Below are positions 39,007-48,945 of a DNA stretch of 64,000 nucleotides, piece after piece. Both the position numbers and the translations under genes were made by a program. The stretch spans positions 33,165 through 97,164 of the forward strand of contig CAZMXN010000003.1 of NCBI GenBank assembly GCA_964570275.1. Direction: 5' to 3'. The DNA comes from an uncultured Candidatus Saccharibacteria bacterium (lineage in GTDB: Bacteria; Patescibacteriota; Saccharimonadia; Saccharimonadales; CAZMXN01). The stretch's first letter is position 1; every line of letters begins with the position of its first letter. The notes beneath the pieces were generated by a model. The model saw only the letters and a list, made by a program, of their open reading frames with translations, was not told the origin of the DNA and ran no database searches.

Positions 39007-40329
39007 GTGACAATGCTAGGCAAAATTAAACACCGGGTCAGCGGTCTATCGGCCGCCAAAAACAAAAAATCCGCCGAGCGCTACGTAGTGGCGCTGGACA
39101 TCGGTACGGAGTTTGTCAAGGCGCTGATCGGCCGGGTGATCGACACGCCGGACAATCGCAAATCACAGCTCAGTATCGAAATTATTGGCGTGGGCCGGGC
39201 CCGTCAGCAACTTTCCGACATGCAGGCCGGCGCCATCGCCGATATTGCCGGCGTGGTGACGAATTGCGATAAGGCTCTGGCCGAGGCCGAGACTCAGGCC
39301 GGCGTCAGCGCCAAGTCGGCGGTGATCGGTATTGCCGGCGAACTGGTCAAGGGTACGACTTTAAGCGTGCGCTGCACCCGGAAAGATCCCAAAAAGCCGC
39401 TTGACGTCGAGGAAATCGAACAGATTATCGGTCTGGTTCAAGCAAGAGCGCTGAAAAAGGCCAAAGCCAGCCTGGCCTGGGAGCTGGGCGGTAAGGATGT
39501 CGAGGTGCAGCTGGTCAACAGTGCGCTGGTCGGTATTCAGATTGACGGCTACGAAGTGACCAATCCGGTCGGCTTCCAGGGGCGGGATGTCACCGTCCAG
39601 TTGTACACGGCGTTCGCGCCATTGATTCATATCGGCGCGCTGGAGAGAACGGCTACTGAACTCGATCTTGATCTGCTGGCCGTGGCGGCCGAACCGTTCG
39701 CCGTGGCCCGGTCGATTGTCGGCGACGACCCCAATGCCACGATGAGCGCGATTCTGATGGACGTCGGCGGCGGCACGACCGACATCGCCGTTGTCAACGA
39801 CGGCGGCGTCCAGGGCACCAAGATGTTCGGCATCGGCGGCCGGGCTTATACCCGATCGGTCGAGCGGCAGCTTAACGTCAGCTTCGAAGCGGCCGAGCAG
39901 CTCAAGCTGGAACTGGCTGACAACAAAGTGCCCCGCAGCAAAGTGCCGGCCGTTGAAAAGGCTCTTAGTAAGACACTGGATGTCTGGGTGAGCGGTGTCG
40001 AGCTGGCGCTCGGCGAATTCACCAATCTCGAACATCTGCCGCACCGGGTGCTGTTGTGCGGCGGCGGCGCCAGTCTGGACCTGCTGACCGATTCACTGGC
40101 GGAAAACGACTGGTACCGGGCCCTGCCGTTTACGCGCAAGCCGGCTATCCAGCTCATCCAGCCGGAGCAGGTTGTCGGTATCATTGACAAAACCGGAACG
40201 CTCATTGATCATACATTCATAACCGCAATGGGCTTGCTTAGAGTCGGTCTCGATACCTTGCAGCAGGATGATACTTCCCGCGAAGGCCGCAACTTCAAGG
40301 AGCGCATCGACAGGATATTACGGGTATGA
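39007..40329 (+). CDS. ftsA: Cell division protein FtsA (actin-like ATPase)
   Basis: Phosphate-1 reads VVALDIGTEFVKALIG. The motifs MDVGGGTTDIAVV and LCGGGASL are present. The length of 440 aa fits FtsA rather than MreB. Confidence 0.75.
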   Translation: MTMLGKIKHRVSGLSAAKNKKSAERYVVALDIGTEFVKALIGRVIDTPDNRKSQLSIEIIGVGRARQQLSDMQAGAIADIAGVVTNCDKALAEAETQAGVSAKSAVIGIAGELVKGTTLSVRCTRKDPKKPLDVEEIEQIIGLVQARALKKAKASLAWELGGKDVEVQLVNSALVGIQIDGYEVTNPVGFQGRDVTVQLYTAFAPLIHIGALERTATELDLDLLAVAAEPFAVARSIVGDDPNATMSAILMDVGGGTTDIAVVNDGGVQGTKMFGIGGRAYTRSVERQLNVSFEAAEQLKLELADNKVPRSKVPAVEKALSKTLDVWVSGVELALGEFTNLEHLPHRVLLCGGGASLDLLTDSLAENDWYRALPFTRKPAIQLIQPEQVVGIIDKTGTLIDHTFITAMGLLRVGLDTLQQDDTSREGRNFKERIDRILRV

Positions 40330-42026
40330 ACAAAGACACGATTTATATAGATATCGATGACGAGATAACCAGCATCATCGACAAGGTGCAGGCTTCCAAA
40401 GAGAAGATTGTGGCGCTGGTACTGCCAAAGCGGGCCACTATGCTGCAATCCATCGTCAACATGAAACTGCTGAAGCGGTCGGCCGACACGGCTAAGAAGA
40501 AAGTGGTTCTCATTACCAGTGAGCACAGTCTGTTGCCGCTGGCCGGCGCCGTTGGGCTGCACACCGCCCGTACGCTGCAGAGCAAGCCGGCGATTCCGCC
40601 CGCGCCGGATACGGCCGGGATGGCCGCCGACCAGGCAATTACCGCCGCCGAGCTGCCACCGGCCGAGCCGGATCTGGACAAATCCAAACCCGTCGGCGAG
40701 CTGGCCGCCGGTACCGCGGCCGCCGCCGAGCTGCCGCCGGAAGAAACCATCGAAGTCGATAACCGGCCGGCCGACAAAACGACGGCTGCCGCCGCCACCG
40801 GCGCCAAAAAAGCAAAAAAGAAATTCAAAATTCCCGATTTTAAGAAATTCCGCACCCGTTTGATACTGGCCATTACCGCAGTGATTCTGCTGATTGCCGG
40901 TTGGGTGTGGGGCTTTATTATCGCGCCGCGGGCCGATATCGTCGTGACAACTGACACGACTTCGCACGATGTTAACTTCGAGTTCACGGCCTCTACCGGG
41001 GCTGAGGAGGCCGACCTGGAAAACCTGGTGGCCCGGGCCAAGTTGCTGGAGATTGAGAAATCGGAGATCGGCAAGGCACCGGCGACCGGCGAGAAGGACG
41101 TGGGCGAGAAAGCCAGCGGTGAAGTTACTCTGGAGCTGGTCAATTGCAGCTCTTCGCAAGTGAGTATTCCGGCCGGCACGGCAATTACGACCGGCAATCT
41201 GTCCTACGTAACCGAGGCGTCGGTAACTCTGCAGAGCATCGAGATAGGCGGTCAATGTCGTAACGAGGACTTTCCTAACATCTCTACCGAAACGGTTGAA
41301 GTCACGGCCGCCAAAGCCGGCGACCAATACAACGTAGCCAGCGGCCGGACGTTCAGCGTCGCCGGTTACTCATCAGTCAGCGGCACTAACGCCGCGGCCA
41401 TGACCGGCGGTACCAGTAAAATCGTCAAAGTGGTTTCCGAAGATGATGTCGCCGCGGCCCAGGCCAGGATTGCCGAAGCGGTCGGCAATGTTAATCAGGA
41501 ACTGCGTGACCAACTGCAGCAGGATGGCTACAAGCCGCTGCCGGAAACGGAAACCAGCAGTAAGCCGGATGTCAGCGTCAGCCCGGCGGTCGGCGAAGAA
41601 GCCAGCGAGGTAACGGTCACTTCCGTCGTGGTGTACAGCATGTACGGCCTGAGCGAGGAAGATGCCAACAAGCTGATCGAGGAAACCATCAAAGAAGACA
41701 TCGACACCGAAAAGCAATCCCTGCTTGATACCGGCCTGGGCGACGCCGTCATTCGGGTCACCGAGCGGCCCTCGGACGACGTACTTAATATCAGTCTGCA
41801 GACGCTGGCTTACGCCGGTCCCGAATTTGACTTAGAGGCGCTAAGGCAGGAGTTTGCCGGCCAAAAGCGCAGCGAAATCGAATCGTCCCTAACGGCCCGG
41901 CCGGGCGTGATAGATGTCAGCATCGATTACAGCCCGTTCTGGGTCTATTCGACGCCCAGGAGCGCCAAGAAAATCCACCTCACCATTAAGCCTGCCCAAG
42001 AGGCCAATGACCAAAACACCGAATAA
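40326..42026 (+). CDS. Bitopic membrane protein of unknown function (566 aa), translationally coupled to ftsA
   Basis: It has a cytoplasmic N-terminal domain of about 90 aa, a Pro/Ala-rich linker, one TM helix (LILAITAVILLIAGWVWGFIIA) and a large extracytoplasmic domain. It occupies the position usually taken by ftsZ or ftsQ-like genes. Confidence 0.45.
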   Translation: MNKDTIYIDIDDEITSIIDKVQASKEKIVALVLPKRATMLQSIVNMKLLKRSADTAKKKVVLITSEHSLLPLAGAVGLHTARTLQSKPAIPPAPDTAGMAADQAITAAELPPAEPDLDKSKPVGELAAGTAAAAELPPEETIEVDNRPADKTTAAAATGAKKAKKKFKIPDFKKFRTRLILAITAVILLIAGWVWGFIIAPRADIVVTTDTTSHDVNFEFTASTGAEEADLENLVARAKLLEIEKSEIGKAPATGEKDVGEKASGEVTLELVNCSSSQVSIPAGTAITTGNLSYVTEASVTLQSIEIGGQCRNEDFPNISTETVEVTAAKAGDQYNVASGRTFSVAGYSSVSGTNAAAMTGGTSKIVKVVSEDDVAAAQARIAEAVGNVNQELRDQLQQDGYKPLPETETSSKPDVSVSPAVGEEASEVTVTSVVVYSMYGLSEEDANKLIEETIKEDIDTEKQSLLDTGLGDAVIRVTERPSDDVLNISLQTLAYAGPEFDLEALRQEFAGQKRSEIESSLTARPGVIDVSIDYSPFWVYSTPRSAKKIHLTIKPAQEANDQNTE

Positions 42027-42435
42027 AACCGGAACCGTTCTGGCGCTCGACATCGGCGAAAAGCGGATCGGTGTCGCGCTTGCCAGCCTGGCGGCCCGGC
42101 TGCCCGAACCCTTGACCACTCTGACCAACGACGCGGTCGTGCTGGAAAAAATCGCCGAACTGGCCGACCGGCATCAGACCGACATGATCGTTGCCGGCCT
42201 GCCGCGCAGCCTGGAAGGCACCGAAACCGCCCAAACCCGGTCGGTGAGGGAGTTTGTCGGCCGGCTGGAAGACCGCCTGGGTCGCAGTGTATACTTAATG
42301 GACGAAGCCGGCACTTCCGCAGAGGCCGAAGCCGGACTTCGGGCCCGGCGCAAACCATACACCAAAGCAGACATTGACGCCCGGGCAGCCGCAATAATTC
42401 TGCAGGATTTCCTGAATTCGCTTAGTAAGCTATGA
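42007..42435 (+). CDS. ruvX: Holliday junction resolvase-like protein RuvX/YqgF
   Basis: GTVLALDIGEKRIGVALAS is the YqgF N-terminal RNase-H-like motif, followed by ...DMIVAGLP...EGTET.... The start is refined to the ATG at 42007. The track ORF starts at 41914. Confidence 0.8.
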   Translation: MTKTPNKTGTVLALDIGEKRIGVALASLAARLPEPLTTLTNDAVVLEKIAELADRHQTDMIVAGLPRSLEGTETAQTRSVREFVGRLEDRLGRSVYLMDEAGTSAEAEAGLRARRKPYTKADIDARAAAIILQDFLNSLSKL

Positions 42436-43487
42436 CGTACAACATTGATTCACGACCTAAACGCAATTGGCGCCGCTGGCTTTTGATCGGCTCGCTGCTG
42501 CTGGTGCTGGTTCTGGCCGGCGCGGCGTTTTTGGTGCGGCAAAGTTATCTGGACAACCTTGATCCGGTCAGCCGCAGTGAGCAGGTCCAATTGGTTACCG
42601 TGCCCACCGGCAGCACGGTGAATGAAATCGCCAGGGACCTGCGCGACCGGAACCTGATTAAGAGCCAGTGGGCGTTTGAGTGGTATATCCGCTCTCAAGA
42701 GGTCAGCGGCCTGATCAAGGCCGGCACCTATGCCCTTAAGCCCTCCCAAAGCATTCCGGAAATCGTCGAAGTTCTGACCCAGGGGCAGATCGCTACCGAC
42801 CTGGTGACTATTCTGCCGGGCAAGCGGATTGACGAAATCCGCCAGACGCTGATCAATTACGGTTTCGACCCAACGGAAGTGGACGAAGCGCTGGACCCGA
42901 GCCGGTATGAGGGGCATCCGGCCCTGACCGACAAGCCGCGTCAGGCCAACCTGGAAGGCTATATCTATCCGGAAAGCTTTCAGAAAACGGCCGAGACCCA
43001 TCCGTCAGATATCATCGCCGCTTCGCTCGACGAGATGCAGAAGCGACTGACACCGGAAATCCGGGCCGGTATAGTCCGGCAGGGCCTCACCGTTCATGAG
43101 GGTGTGATTCTGGCTTCGATTATCGAGCGCGAAGTCAGGACGCCGGAGGAGCGCCGGCAGGCGGCGCAGGTGTTTCTCCGGCGGCTCAAAGAGGGTATCA
43201 AGCTGGAATCCGATGCCACGGCCAGCTACGGGGCCGTGTTGGCGGGTGAAGAGCCAAGCCTGAGCTATGATTCCGCCTACAACACCTATCTGCACACCGG
43301 TTTGCCGCCGACGCCCATCAGCAACTCCACCGAAGTTTCCATTGAAGCGGTGGCTGATCCGGCCAAAACCGATTATCTGTACTTCGTCTGCCTGCTTACC
43401 AATGACGAGCGGGTAACTTACTTCTCCCGCACTCTGGAAGAGCACGAGGCCCGGTTTGCCGACCGCCGCGGCGACCTCTGTGAATAG
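42432..43487 (+). CDS. mltG: Endolytic murein transglycosylase MltG (YceG family)
   Basis: An N-terminal TM is followed by the YceG-like domain (...VPTGSTVNEIARDL..., ...GYIYPESF..., ...LASIIEREV..., ...YNTYLHTGLPPTPISN...). Confidence 0.8.
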   Translation: MTYNIDSRPKRNWRRWLLIGSLLLVLVLAGAAFLVRQSYLDNLDPVSRSEQVQLVTVPTGSTVNEIARDLRDRNLIKSQWAFEWYIRSQEVSGLIKAGTYALKPSQSIPEIVEVLTQGQIATDLVTILPGKRIDEIRQTLINYGFDPTEVDEALDPSRYEGHPALTDKPRQANLEGYIYPESFQKTAETHPSDIIAASLDEMQKRLTPEIRAGIVRQGLTVHEGVILASIIEREVRTPEERRQAAQVFLRRLKEGIKLESDATASYGAVLAGEEPSLSYDSAYNTYLHTGLPPTPISNSTEVSIEAVADPAKTDYLYFVCLLTNDERVTYFSRTLEEHEARFADRRGDLCE

Positions 43488-43654
43488 CTGTAAGTATTAC
43501 CATTCTACCCCTGTTAATTAAGCTTCGTAACAGGGGTAAAAGATCCCTCCAAAGCTTGATTTTTGGCGCCTGCCTGTGCTAACATTGGCCTGCAACGGTT
43601 TTTGGTGCCACAGGTAAGCTAACAGGGGCGCGAAAGACAGTTGCGTTTGCAAGG

Positions 43655-44869
43655 TTGGCCCTCGTTAGAGGCCCGCCGGTGCAAACGAGTGTTTATGGTG
43701 TAATCCACCAGGAGCTTTCTATTCGTACTTCAACACAGGCGTTAAGCCGACAAATAACCTCACATCTTAATCCGTTCAGCCGGAAGTCACTGCTCCGGCA
43801 GCTGGTCCGTCGGCTCTTTGGCCGGTCCAGGAAGCGTACCGTCCGCTACGGTATTTTCATTACCCAGGCGCTGGCCTTAATCGCCGTTGTCGGCGTTGTT
43901 TTATACGGGTCGGAAATCGGCGGCCAGAACCTTAAGCAGAATGCCCTGATGGCCACCACGCCGGAGACGGTCGCCGCCAATCCGCTGGACCAGTTATCTT
44001 CGGCCGATGTCGCCGAGCAATTGGCCCGCCTGGGCAATTTCGAAGAGCGCATTGCCGTGATCAACCATGCCGACACCGTTAATTCGCAGCTTAACCGGGG
44101 CGTCGCCGATGAACTTATTGTGACCAAGCCGCAAGTCGTGGCCACCGAAACCCTGTCCAATAAAGACATCAAAACCTACGTTGTCAAAAACGGCGATTCG
44201 CTGGCCGATCTGGCCGCCCGGTTTGGCGTCACCAGCGATTCGATCCGCTGGTCCAATGGCCTGTCCGGCAGCTATTTGCGGCCGGGCACCAAGCTGTACA
44301 TCAGCCCCATCAGCAACGGCGTAGTTTATAAAGTCAAATCCGGTGATACCGTAAAGGCGCTGGCTGAACGCTTCCGGTCCAGCGAAGAAAAGATCATTAC
44401 TTTCAATGACGCCGAGATCGCCGGGCTGAAAGCCGGCGACCGCATCGTTATTCCTGACGGCTCTTTGCCGGCCCCGTCGGCACCGTCGTACACCGGGCTG
44501 GCCAGCAACCTGGGCACCCGCGGCCGCTTACTCACTTACGGCGGCAACGGCTACGATTACGGCTGGTGTACCTGGCACGTGGCTAACCGCCGGTCTCAGA
44601 TCGGCCGGCCGATCCCCAACCACCTGGGCAACGCGATCAGCTGGTACAACATTGCCCGCAATGCCGGTTTACCGGTCGGCGGTGAGCCGAAAGTTGGCGC
44701 CGTCTTGTGGCACGCCAATATCGGCGGTCTGGGGCACGTAGCGTTTGTCGAAAGCCGGAATGACGACGGTTCCTTCGAGGTGTCTGATATGAATTACCCT
44801 TACTGGGGACGCGTCACGACCAGAACAATTACGCCGGACGAGTTCGGGAACTACCGCTTCATTTACTAA
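43655..44869 (+). CDS. Peptidoglycan hydrolase with two LysM domains and a C-terminal CHAP domain
   Basis: The LysM-like segments are YVVKNGDSLADLAARFGVTSDSIRWSNGL and YKVKSGDTVKALAERFRSSEEKIITFND. The CHAP segment is ...GWCTWHVANRR...GHVAFVESRNDDGSFEVSDMNY (Cys/His catalytic residues). The start codon is uncertain because the track ORF may begin upstream of the true start. Confidence 0.7.
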   Translation: MALVRGPPVQTSVYGVIHQELSIRTSTQALSRQITSHLNPFSRKSLLRQLVRRLFGRSRKRTVRYGIFITQALALIAVVGVVLYGSEIGGQNLKQNALMATTPETVAANPLDQLSSADVAEQLARLGNFEERIAVINHADTVNSQLNRGVADELIVTKPQVVATETLSNKDIKTYVVKNGDSLADLAARFGVTSDSIRWSNGLSGSYLRPGTKLYISPISNGVVYKVKSGDTVKALAERFRSSEEKIITFNDAEIAGLKAGDRIVIPDGSLPAPSAPSYTGLASNLGTRGRLLTYGGNGYDYGWCTWHVANRRSQIGRPIPNHLGNAISWYNIARNAGLPVGGEPKVGAVLWHANIGGLGHVAFVESRNDDGSFEVSDMNYPYWGRVTTRTITPDEFGNYRFIY

Positions 44870-44921
44870 TCGACATTTTTACTAGACCCTAACCCCTATA
44901 ACCTGTACCCTTATAAACGTA

Positions 44922-46193
44922 ATGTTTGTAGACAAAGTTGAAGTTTTGATTGCGGCCGGCAAGGGCGGCGACGGTGCCGTCAGTTTCCGGCATGAGAAAT
45001 TTATCGCCCGGGGCGGCCCCGACGGTGGTGATGGCGGCAAAGGCGGCGACGTTGTCGTGTATGCCAGCAACAACCAGAACACGCTGGCCAAGTTTCGCTA
45101 TCAGAAGCAGCTGCAGGCCGAGGACGGCCGGCCCGGCTTCAAGCGGCGCAAGCGCGGTAAAAGCGGCCAGGATTTGCGGGTGCCGGTGCCGGTGGGCACG
45201 GTTATTACTGACGAAAACGGCCAGGTCCTGGCCGATTTGACCGAAGAAGGCCAGGCAGCCGTGGTCGCTCATGGCGGCAAGGGCGGTTTCGGTAACGCTC
45301 ACTTTGTCTCCAGCACCCGTCAGGCGCCGCGGGTGGCCGAAAAGGGTGAAGAGGGCGAAGCGCTCAAGGCGGTTTTTGAGATGAAGCTGATTGCCGACGT
45401 CGGCCTGGTCGGGCTGCCGAATGCCGGTAAGTCGACGCTGCTGGCGCGTATCAGCAACGCCCGGCCTGAAATCGCCAACTATCCGTTCACGACGCTGACG
45501 CCCAACTTGGGCATGGTGGATATTGATAAGAAAACTACCCTGTTGTTTGCCGACATTCCCGGCCTGATTGCCGGAGCCAGCGAAGGCAAGGGTCTGGGCG
45601 ACGAATTCCTGCGCCACATCGAGCGCACCAGCGTGCTGGTTCATCTGATCGACGCCTATCAGGACGATGTCGCCTCCGCCTACGCCACCATCCAGCAGGA
45701 GCTTAAGAATTACCGGGTTGATCTCAGTTCCCGGCCGCAGCTGCTGGCCCTGAACAAGACCGACGGATTGGACGCTGATATTCTGGATCTGCAGAAACAA
45801 AAACTGCTGGCCGTTGTGCCCGACAAGACACCGGTGTTTGCGATTTCGGCCCAGAGCGGCCACGGGGTTAAAGAGCTGCTCTACGCCGTTAAAACCGCCG
45901 TGGCCGATTACCGGAAACGGGAAGCGGCGGCGCGGGAAGAAAGTAAAGAGCTACCGGTCCTGCGGCTAAAGGACGAGCAGGCCTGGCAGGTTAAGGCCCC
46001 GGGAGACGGCGTCTTTGTGGTCAGCGGCCAGAAAATCGAGCGGTTCGCGGCCCGGACTGATTTTTCCAATCCGCACGGGGTTCAGCGATTGCGGGACATT
46101 ATGCGCAAAATGGGCATCATGCATGAGCTGGCCCGCCAGGGCATCGAGCCCGGCGACAAAGTTCGCATCAAAGACCACACCATCGAATACTAG
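44922..46193 (+). CDS. obg: GTPase Obg/CgtA
   Basis: MFVDKVEV...GKGGDGAVSFRHEKF is the Obg fold with Gly-rich repeats. G1 is GLPNAGKST, G3 is DIPG and G4 is NKTD. A C-terminal OCT-like domain is present. Confidence 0.9.
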   Translation: MFVDKVEVLIAAGKGGDGAVSFRHEKFIARGGPDGGDGGKGGDVVVYASNNQNTLAKFRYQKQLQAEDGRPGFKRRKRGKSGQDLRVPVPVGTVITDENGQVLADLTEEGQAAVVAHGGKGGFGNAHFVSSTRQAPRVAEKGEEGEALKAVFEMKLIADVGLVGLPNAGKSTLLARISNARPEIANYPFTTLTPNLGMVDIDKKTTLLFADIPGLIAGASEGKGLGDEFLRHIERTSVLVHLIDAYQDDVASAYATIQQELKNYRVDLSSRPQLLALNKTDGLDADILDLQKQKLLAVVPDKTPVFAISAQSGHGVKELLYAVKTAVADYRKREAAAREESKELPVLRLKDEQAWQVKAPGDGVFVVSGQKIERFAARTDFSNPHGVQRLRDIMRKMGIMHELARQGIEPGDKVRIKDHTIEY

Positions 46194-46255
46194 GCTCTGA
46201 TACTTGATTGACAAATATTGACAAGTATGATACAATAAGAAGATAGGCCAATATT

Positions 46256-46744
46256 ATGTCCGAATTTACGCTTAACACGGATTCATCCGACTTCATGCCG
46301 CGCAGCAGTCACGCCAATTTCGAAGAGGACACTCCGGCTGACTATGGCCGGCCGCTTCTGCCGCTGGTGCAGTACAAGCCGGTAAGTTGTGGCAACTGTA
46401 TCGGGGCCTGCTGCCGCCAGGGCCTGACCCTGTCTTTAAGTCAGGAGGAGGCTGACTTCTTAGAGGGCTCGGGTACAGAGATGGTTGAGTATCCGGGTTC
46501 ACTAGCGCATAAGATTGCGGTGCGGCTGGGCGCGCACCGGCTGTACACCCTGCAAACCGACTGCGGAAATCTCGAAATTAATTTGGATAGCGGCCAGGCA
46601 CTTTGCGCCGCTTATGAGGATTCGCGCCGTCCGGAGATATGTGCTAAGTTTGAGGCCGGTTCGGCGGCCTGTCGGATTATTCGGGTGGCTAAGGGTGTTG
46701 ATAGTCCGGCTGAGCTTGCCCGCTACGATGCAGCCACCAGCTAA
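46256..46744 (+). CDS. YkgJ-family (UPF0153) Cys-rich putative Fe-S/zinc cluster protein
   Basis: The motif is CGNCIGACC plus a downstream CxxxxC...C. Length is 162 aa. Confidence 0.5.
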   Translation: MSEFTLNTDSSDFMPRSSHANFEEDTPADYGRPLLPLVQYKPVSCGNCIGACCRQGLTLSLSQEEADFLEGSGTEMVEYPGSLAHKIAVRLGAHRLYTLQTDCGNLEINLDSGQALCAAYEDSRRPEICAKFEAGSAACRIIRVAKGVDSPAELARYDAATS

Positions 46745-48236
46745 AGGGTTTGTGCAGGGCCAGTTTTTCGCTTACCATTACTGCTTAGTGGTAAGTTTTT
46801 ATTTTTACGATCTGGAAACCAGCGGCTTCAACCCCCGGGATGCCCGGATTATGCAGTTTGCCGGCCAGCGGACCGATATGGAGCTTAAGCCCGTCGGCGA
46901 ACCGCACAATTTCTTAATCAAAATGACCGATGACGTTGTGCCTGATCCGGACGCCGTGCTGGTTACCGGCATCACCCCGCAGGCCACGCTGACCGACGGG
47001 CTGACCGAAGCCGAATTTTTGAAGATTTTTTACGAGGAAATCGCTACTGCCGGCACCATCTTCGTCGGCTTTAACAGTATCCGGTTTGACGACGAGTTCA
47101 TGCGCTTTTTGCATTACCGCAATTTTTACGACCCCTACGCCTGGCAGTGGCAGGACGGCCGCAGCCGTTGGGATTTGCTGGATGTCGTCAGGATGACGCG
47201 GGCGCTTAGGCCCGAGGGCATCAAATGGCCGGTGGACAGTGAGGGCAAGCCCAGCAACCGGCTGGAGCTGCTGACCTCGCTCAATAAACTGGAGCATTCG
47301 AGCGCGCACGATGCGCTAAGCGATGTTAAGGCCAGTATTGCCGTTGCCCGGCTGATCCGAAATAAGCAGACTAAACTGTTCGACTATCTTCTCGGTATGC
47401 GTGACAAGCAGAAGATCGCCGAACTGGTGAATGCCAATCAGCCGTTTGTGTACAGCTCGGGCAAGTACCCGGCCGAGTACGAGAAGACGACCGTGGCAAT
47501 GACCTTAGGTAACCACCCCAGGAAACAAGGCGTCCTGGTCTTCGACTTGCGGCACGATCCGGCCGACTACATCAACTTACCGCCGGAGCAGCTGGTTGAA
47601 TTATGGCGCTACAACCCGGACCGCGAAGCGCCGCGGCTGCCGGTCAAAACCCTGCAGTTTAACCGCTGTCCGGCCATCGCGCCGCTGGGCGTGCTTGATA
47701 AAGCCAGCCTGGACCGGCTTCATCTGGATCTCAAAATCATTGAAAAACACCGCCGAAAACTGGCTGGTGCCGGGAAATTCAGCGGGAATCTGCTAAAGGC
47801 CATAGAACTACTGAACCGGGACCAGCAAAGCAGTATGTGGAGCAAGGAAACCGAAGTTGACGGGCAGTTGTATGACGGCTTTGTGCCGGACCGCGATAAG
47901 CCGACGATGAGTGCCATCCGGGCGGCCGCGCCGGATGAGCTGGCCGGTATCGGCGAAGCTCTGCTGGACCCGCGGCTTAAGACGCTGCTGCCGCTGTATA
48001 AAGCCCGGAACTTCCCGAAGAGCTTGACCAATGAGGAGCGGCAGACCTGGGAAGCCTTTAGGACGAATCGCCTGCTGGCAGGCAAAGAAAAAAGCCGGCT
48101 GGCGGGTTATTTTAAGCGGCTGCAGGAGCTGGCGGCCCGGCCGGATCTGTCTGACGATAAGCGCTACCTGCTGGAAGAATTGCAGTTGTACGGACAATTG
48201 ATTATGCCGGAGGCAGATGAGTCGGGCGGTTTTTAA
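46728..48236 (+). CDS. sbcB: Exodeoxyribonuclease I (SbcB)
   Basis: FYFYDLETSGFNPRDARIMQFAGQR is the DEDDh exonuclease Exo I motif. ...HSSAHDALSDVKA is Exo III. SH3-like and C-terminal helical domains are present. The start is uncertain: the ATG at 46728 overlaps the previous gene by 17 nt, and an in-frame GTG at 46788 is an alternative. The long track ORF beginning at 46515 is rejected. Confidence 0.75.
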   Translation: MQPPAKGFVQGQFFAYHYCLVVSFYFYDLETSGFNPRDARIMQFAGQRTDMELKPVGEPHNFLIKMTDDVVPDPDAVLVTGITPQATLTDGLTEAEFLKIFYEEIATAGTIFVGFNSIRFDDEFMRFLHYRNFYDPYAWQWQDGRSRWDLLDVVRMTRALRPEGIKWPVDSEGKPSNRLELLTSLNKLEHSSAHDALSDVKASIAVARLIRNKQTKLFDYLLGMRDKQKIAELVNANQPFVYSSGKYPAEYEKTTVAMTLGNHPRKQGVLVFDLRHDPADYINLPPEQLVELWRYNPDREAPRLPVKTLQFNRCPAIAPLGVLDKASLDRLHLDLKIIEKHRRKLAGAGKFSGNLLKAIELLNRDQQSSMWSKETEVDGQLYDGFVPDRDKPTMSAIRAAAPDELAGIGEALLDPRLKTLLPLYKARNFPKSLTNEERQTWEAFRTNRLLAGKEKSRLAGYFKRLQELAARPDLSDDKRYLLEELQLYGQLIMPEADESGGF

Positions 48237-48245
48237 GCCGGGTTT

Positions 48246-48416
48246 TTAAAGCGCCAGATCAAGATCGGTTAGAGCGCGGGACTGGGCCTTGTGCCGCTTA
48301 AATATCCGGTGAACCTGGACTATGCCAACCAGACCGGCAGCCAGCAGCACCACCGTATTAAAATCCAATTGATAATTAAGTCCGGGCACTTCGCCCAGGA
48401 CTATGAATTCCAGCAT
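48246..48416 (-). CDS. Possible small hydrophobic protein (56 aa), not in the ORF track
   Basis: The minus-strand ORF encodes MLEFIVLGEVPGLNYQLDFNTVVLLAAGLVGIVQVHRIFKRHKAQSRALTDLDLAL. It has one predicted TM segment and sits in the sbcB/PGPGW intergenic region. Confidence 0.2.
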   Translation of the reverse strand: MLEFIVLGEVPGLNYQLDFNTVVLLAAGLVGIVQVHRIFKRHKAQSRALTDLDLAL

Positions 48417-48516
48417 CGCATCACCCTTTAATTAATTACATGATAAACGAAGCTGGTTTATATGTCAAAAATATTGTTTACTCTAATGCTTATTGATGCT
48501 TTTTTGGCGGCAGGAA

Positions 48517-48945
48517 TCAGCGGCGTACCCAGGCACGGAATTGTTTGGTCAGGCGCTTGAGGCGCTGGCGGTTGGACATAAAGATAAAGAGAGCCAGCAG
48601 GCTCAGGCTGAGTGCCAGTGAGCGCAGGAAATACTTCTCGGCTTTGGTGGCGAGCAGGTAAGCGCCTGCCAGCAGGGCAACGGTCAGCACGTCGTACAGG
48701 CCCTTGACCAGCCGGTTATCCTGCGGAAAGAGTTTACGGAAAAAAGTCAGGCCGTGTTCTTTGACGAGGTTCTGCCAGCGCCGGGCCCATTCGTGGTTAA
48801 CGGCCAGCAGGCTTAAGCCGAGAAGGAAAAGCGGGATACCGCCGGGGCCGGGCAGCCAGCCGGTCAGGCCGGACAGGATGATTAAAAGCACGCCCAGGAT
48901 ATCGGTTCCAAGCCGCCGGATTAATTCTTTCGTACGCCTTAACAT
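48517..48945 (-). CDS. PGPGW-family small transmembrane protein
   Basis: The PGPGW-family signature appears as WLPGPGGIPLFLLGLSLLAVNHEWARRW. There are two TM helices and the length is 142 aa. Confidence 0.5.
   Translation of the reverse strand: MLRRTKELIRRLGTDILGVLLIILSGLTGWLPGPGGIPLFLLGLSLLAVNHEWARRWQNLVKEHGLTFFRKLFPQDNRLVKGLYDVLTVALLAGAYLLATKAEKYFLRSLALSLSLLALFIFMSNRQRLKRLTKQFRAWVRR

Noticed and set aside
46515-46727. Upstream extension of the sbcB ORF that overlaps the YkgJ gene by more than 200 nt
   Set aside because: The extension translates to an Arg/Trp-rich non-protein-like sequence. The conserved Exo I N-terminus begins at about 46728-46788, and the extension would fully overlap the end of a supported gene.
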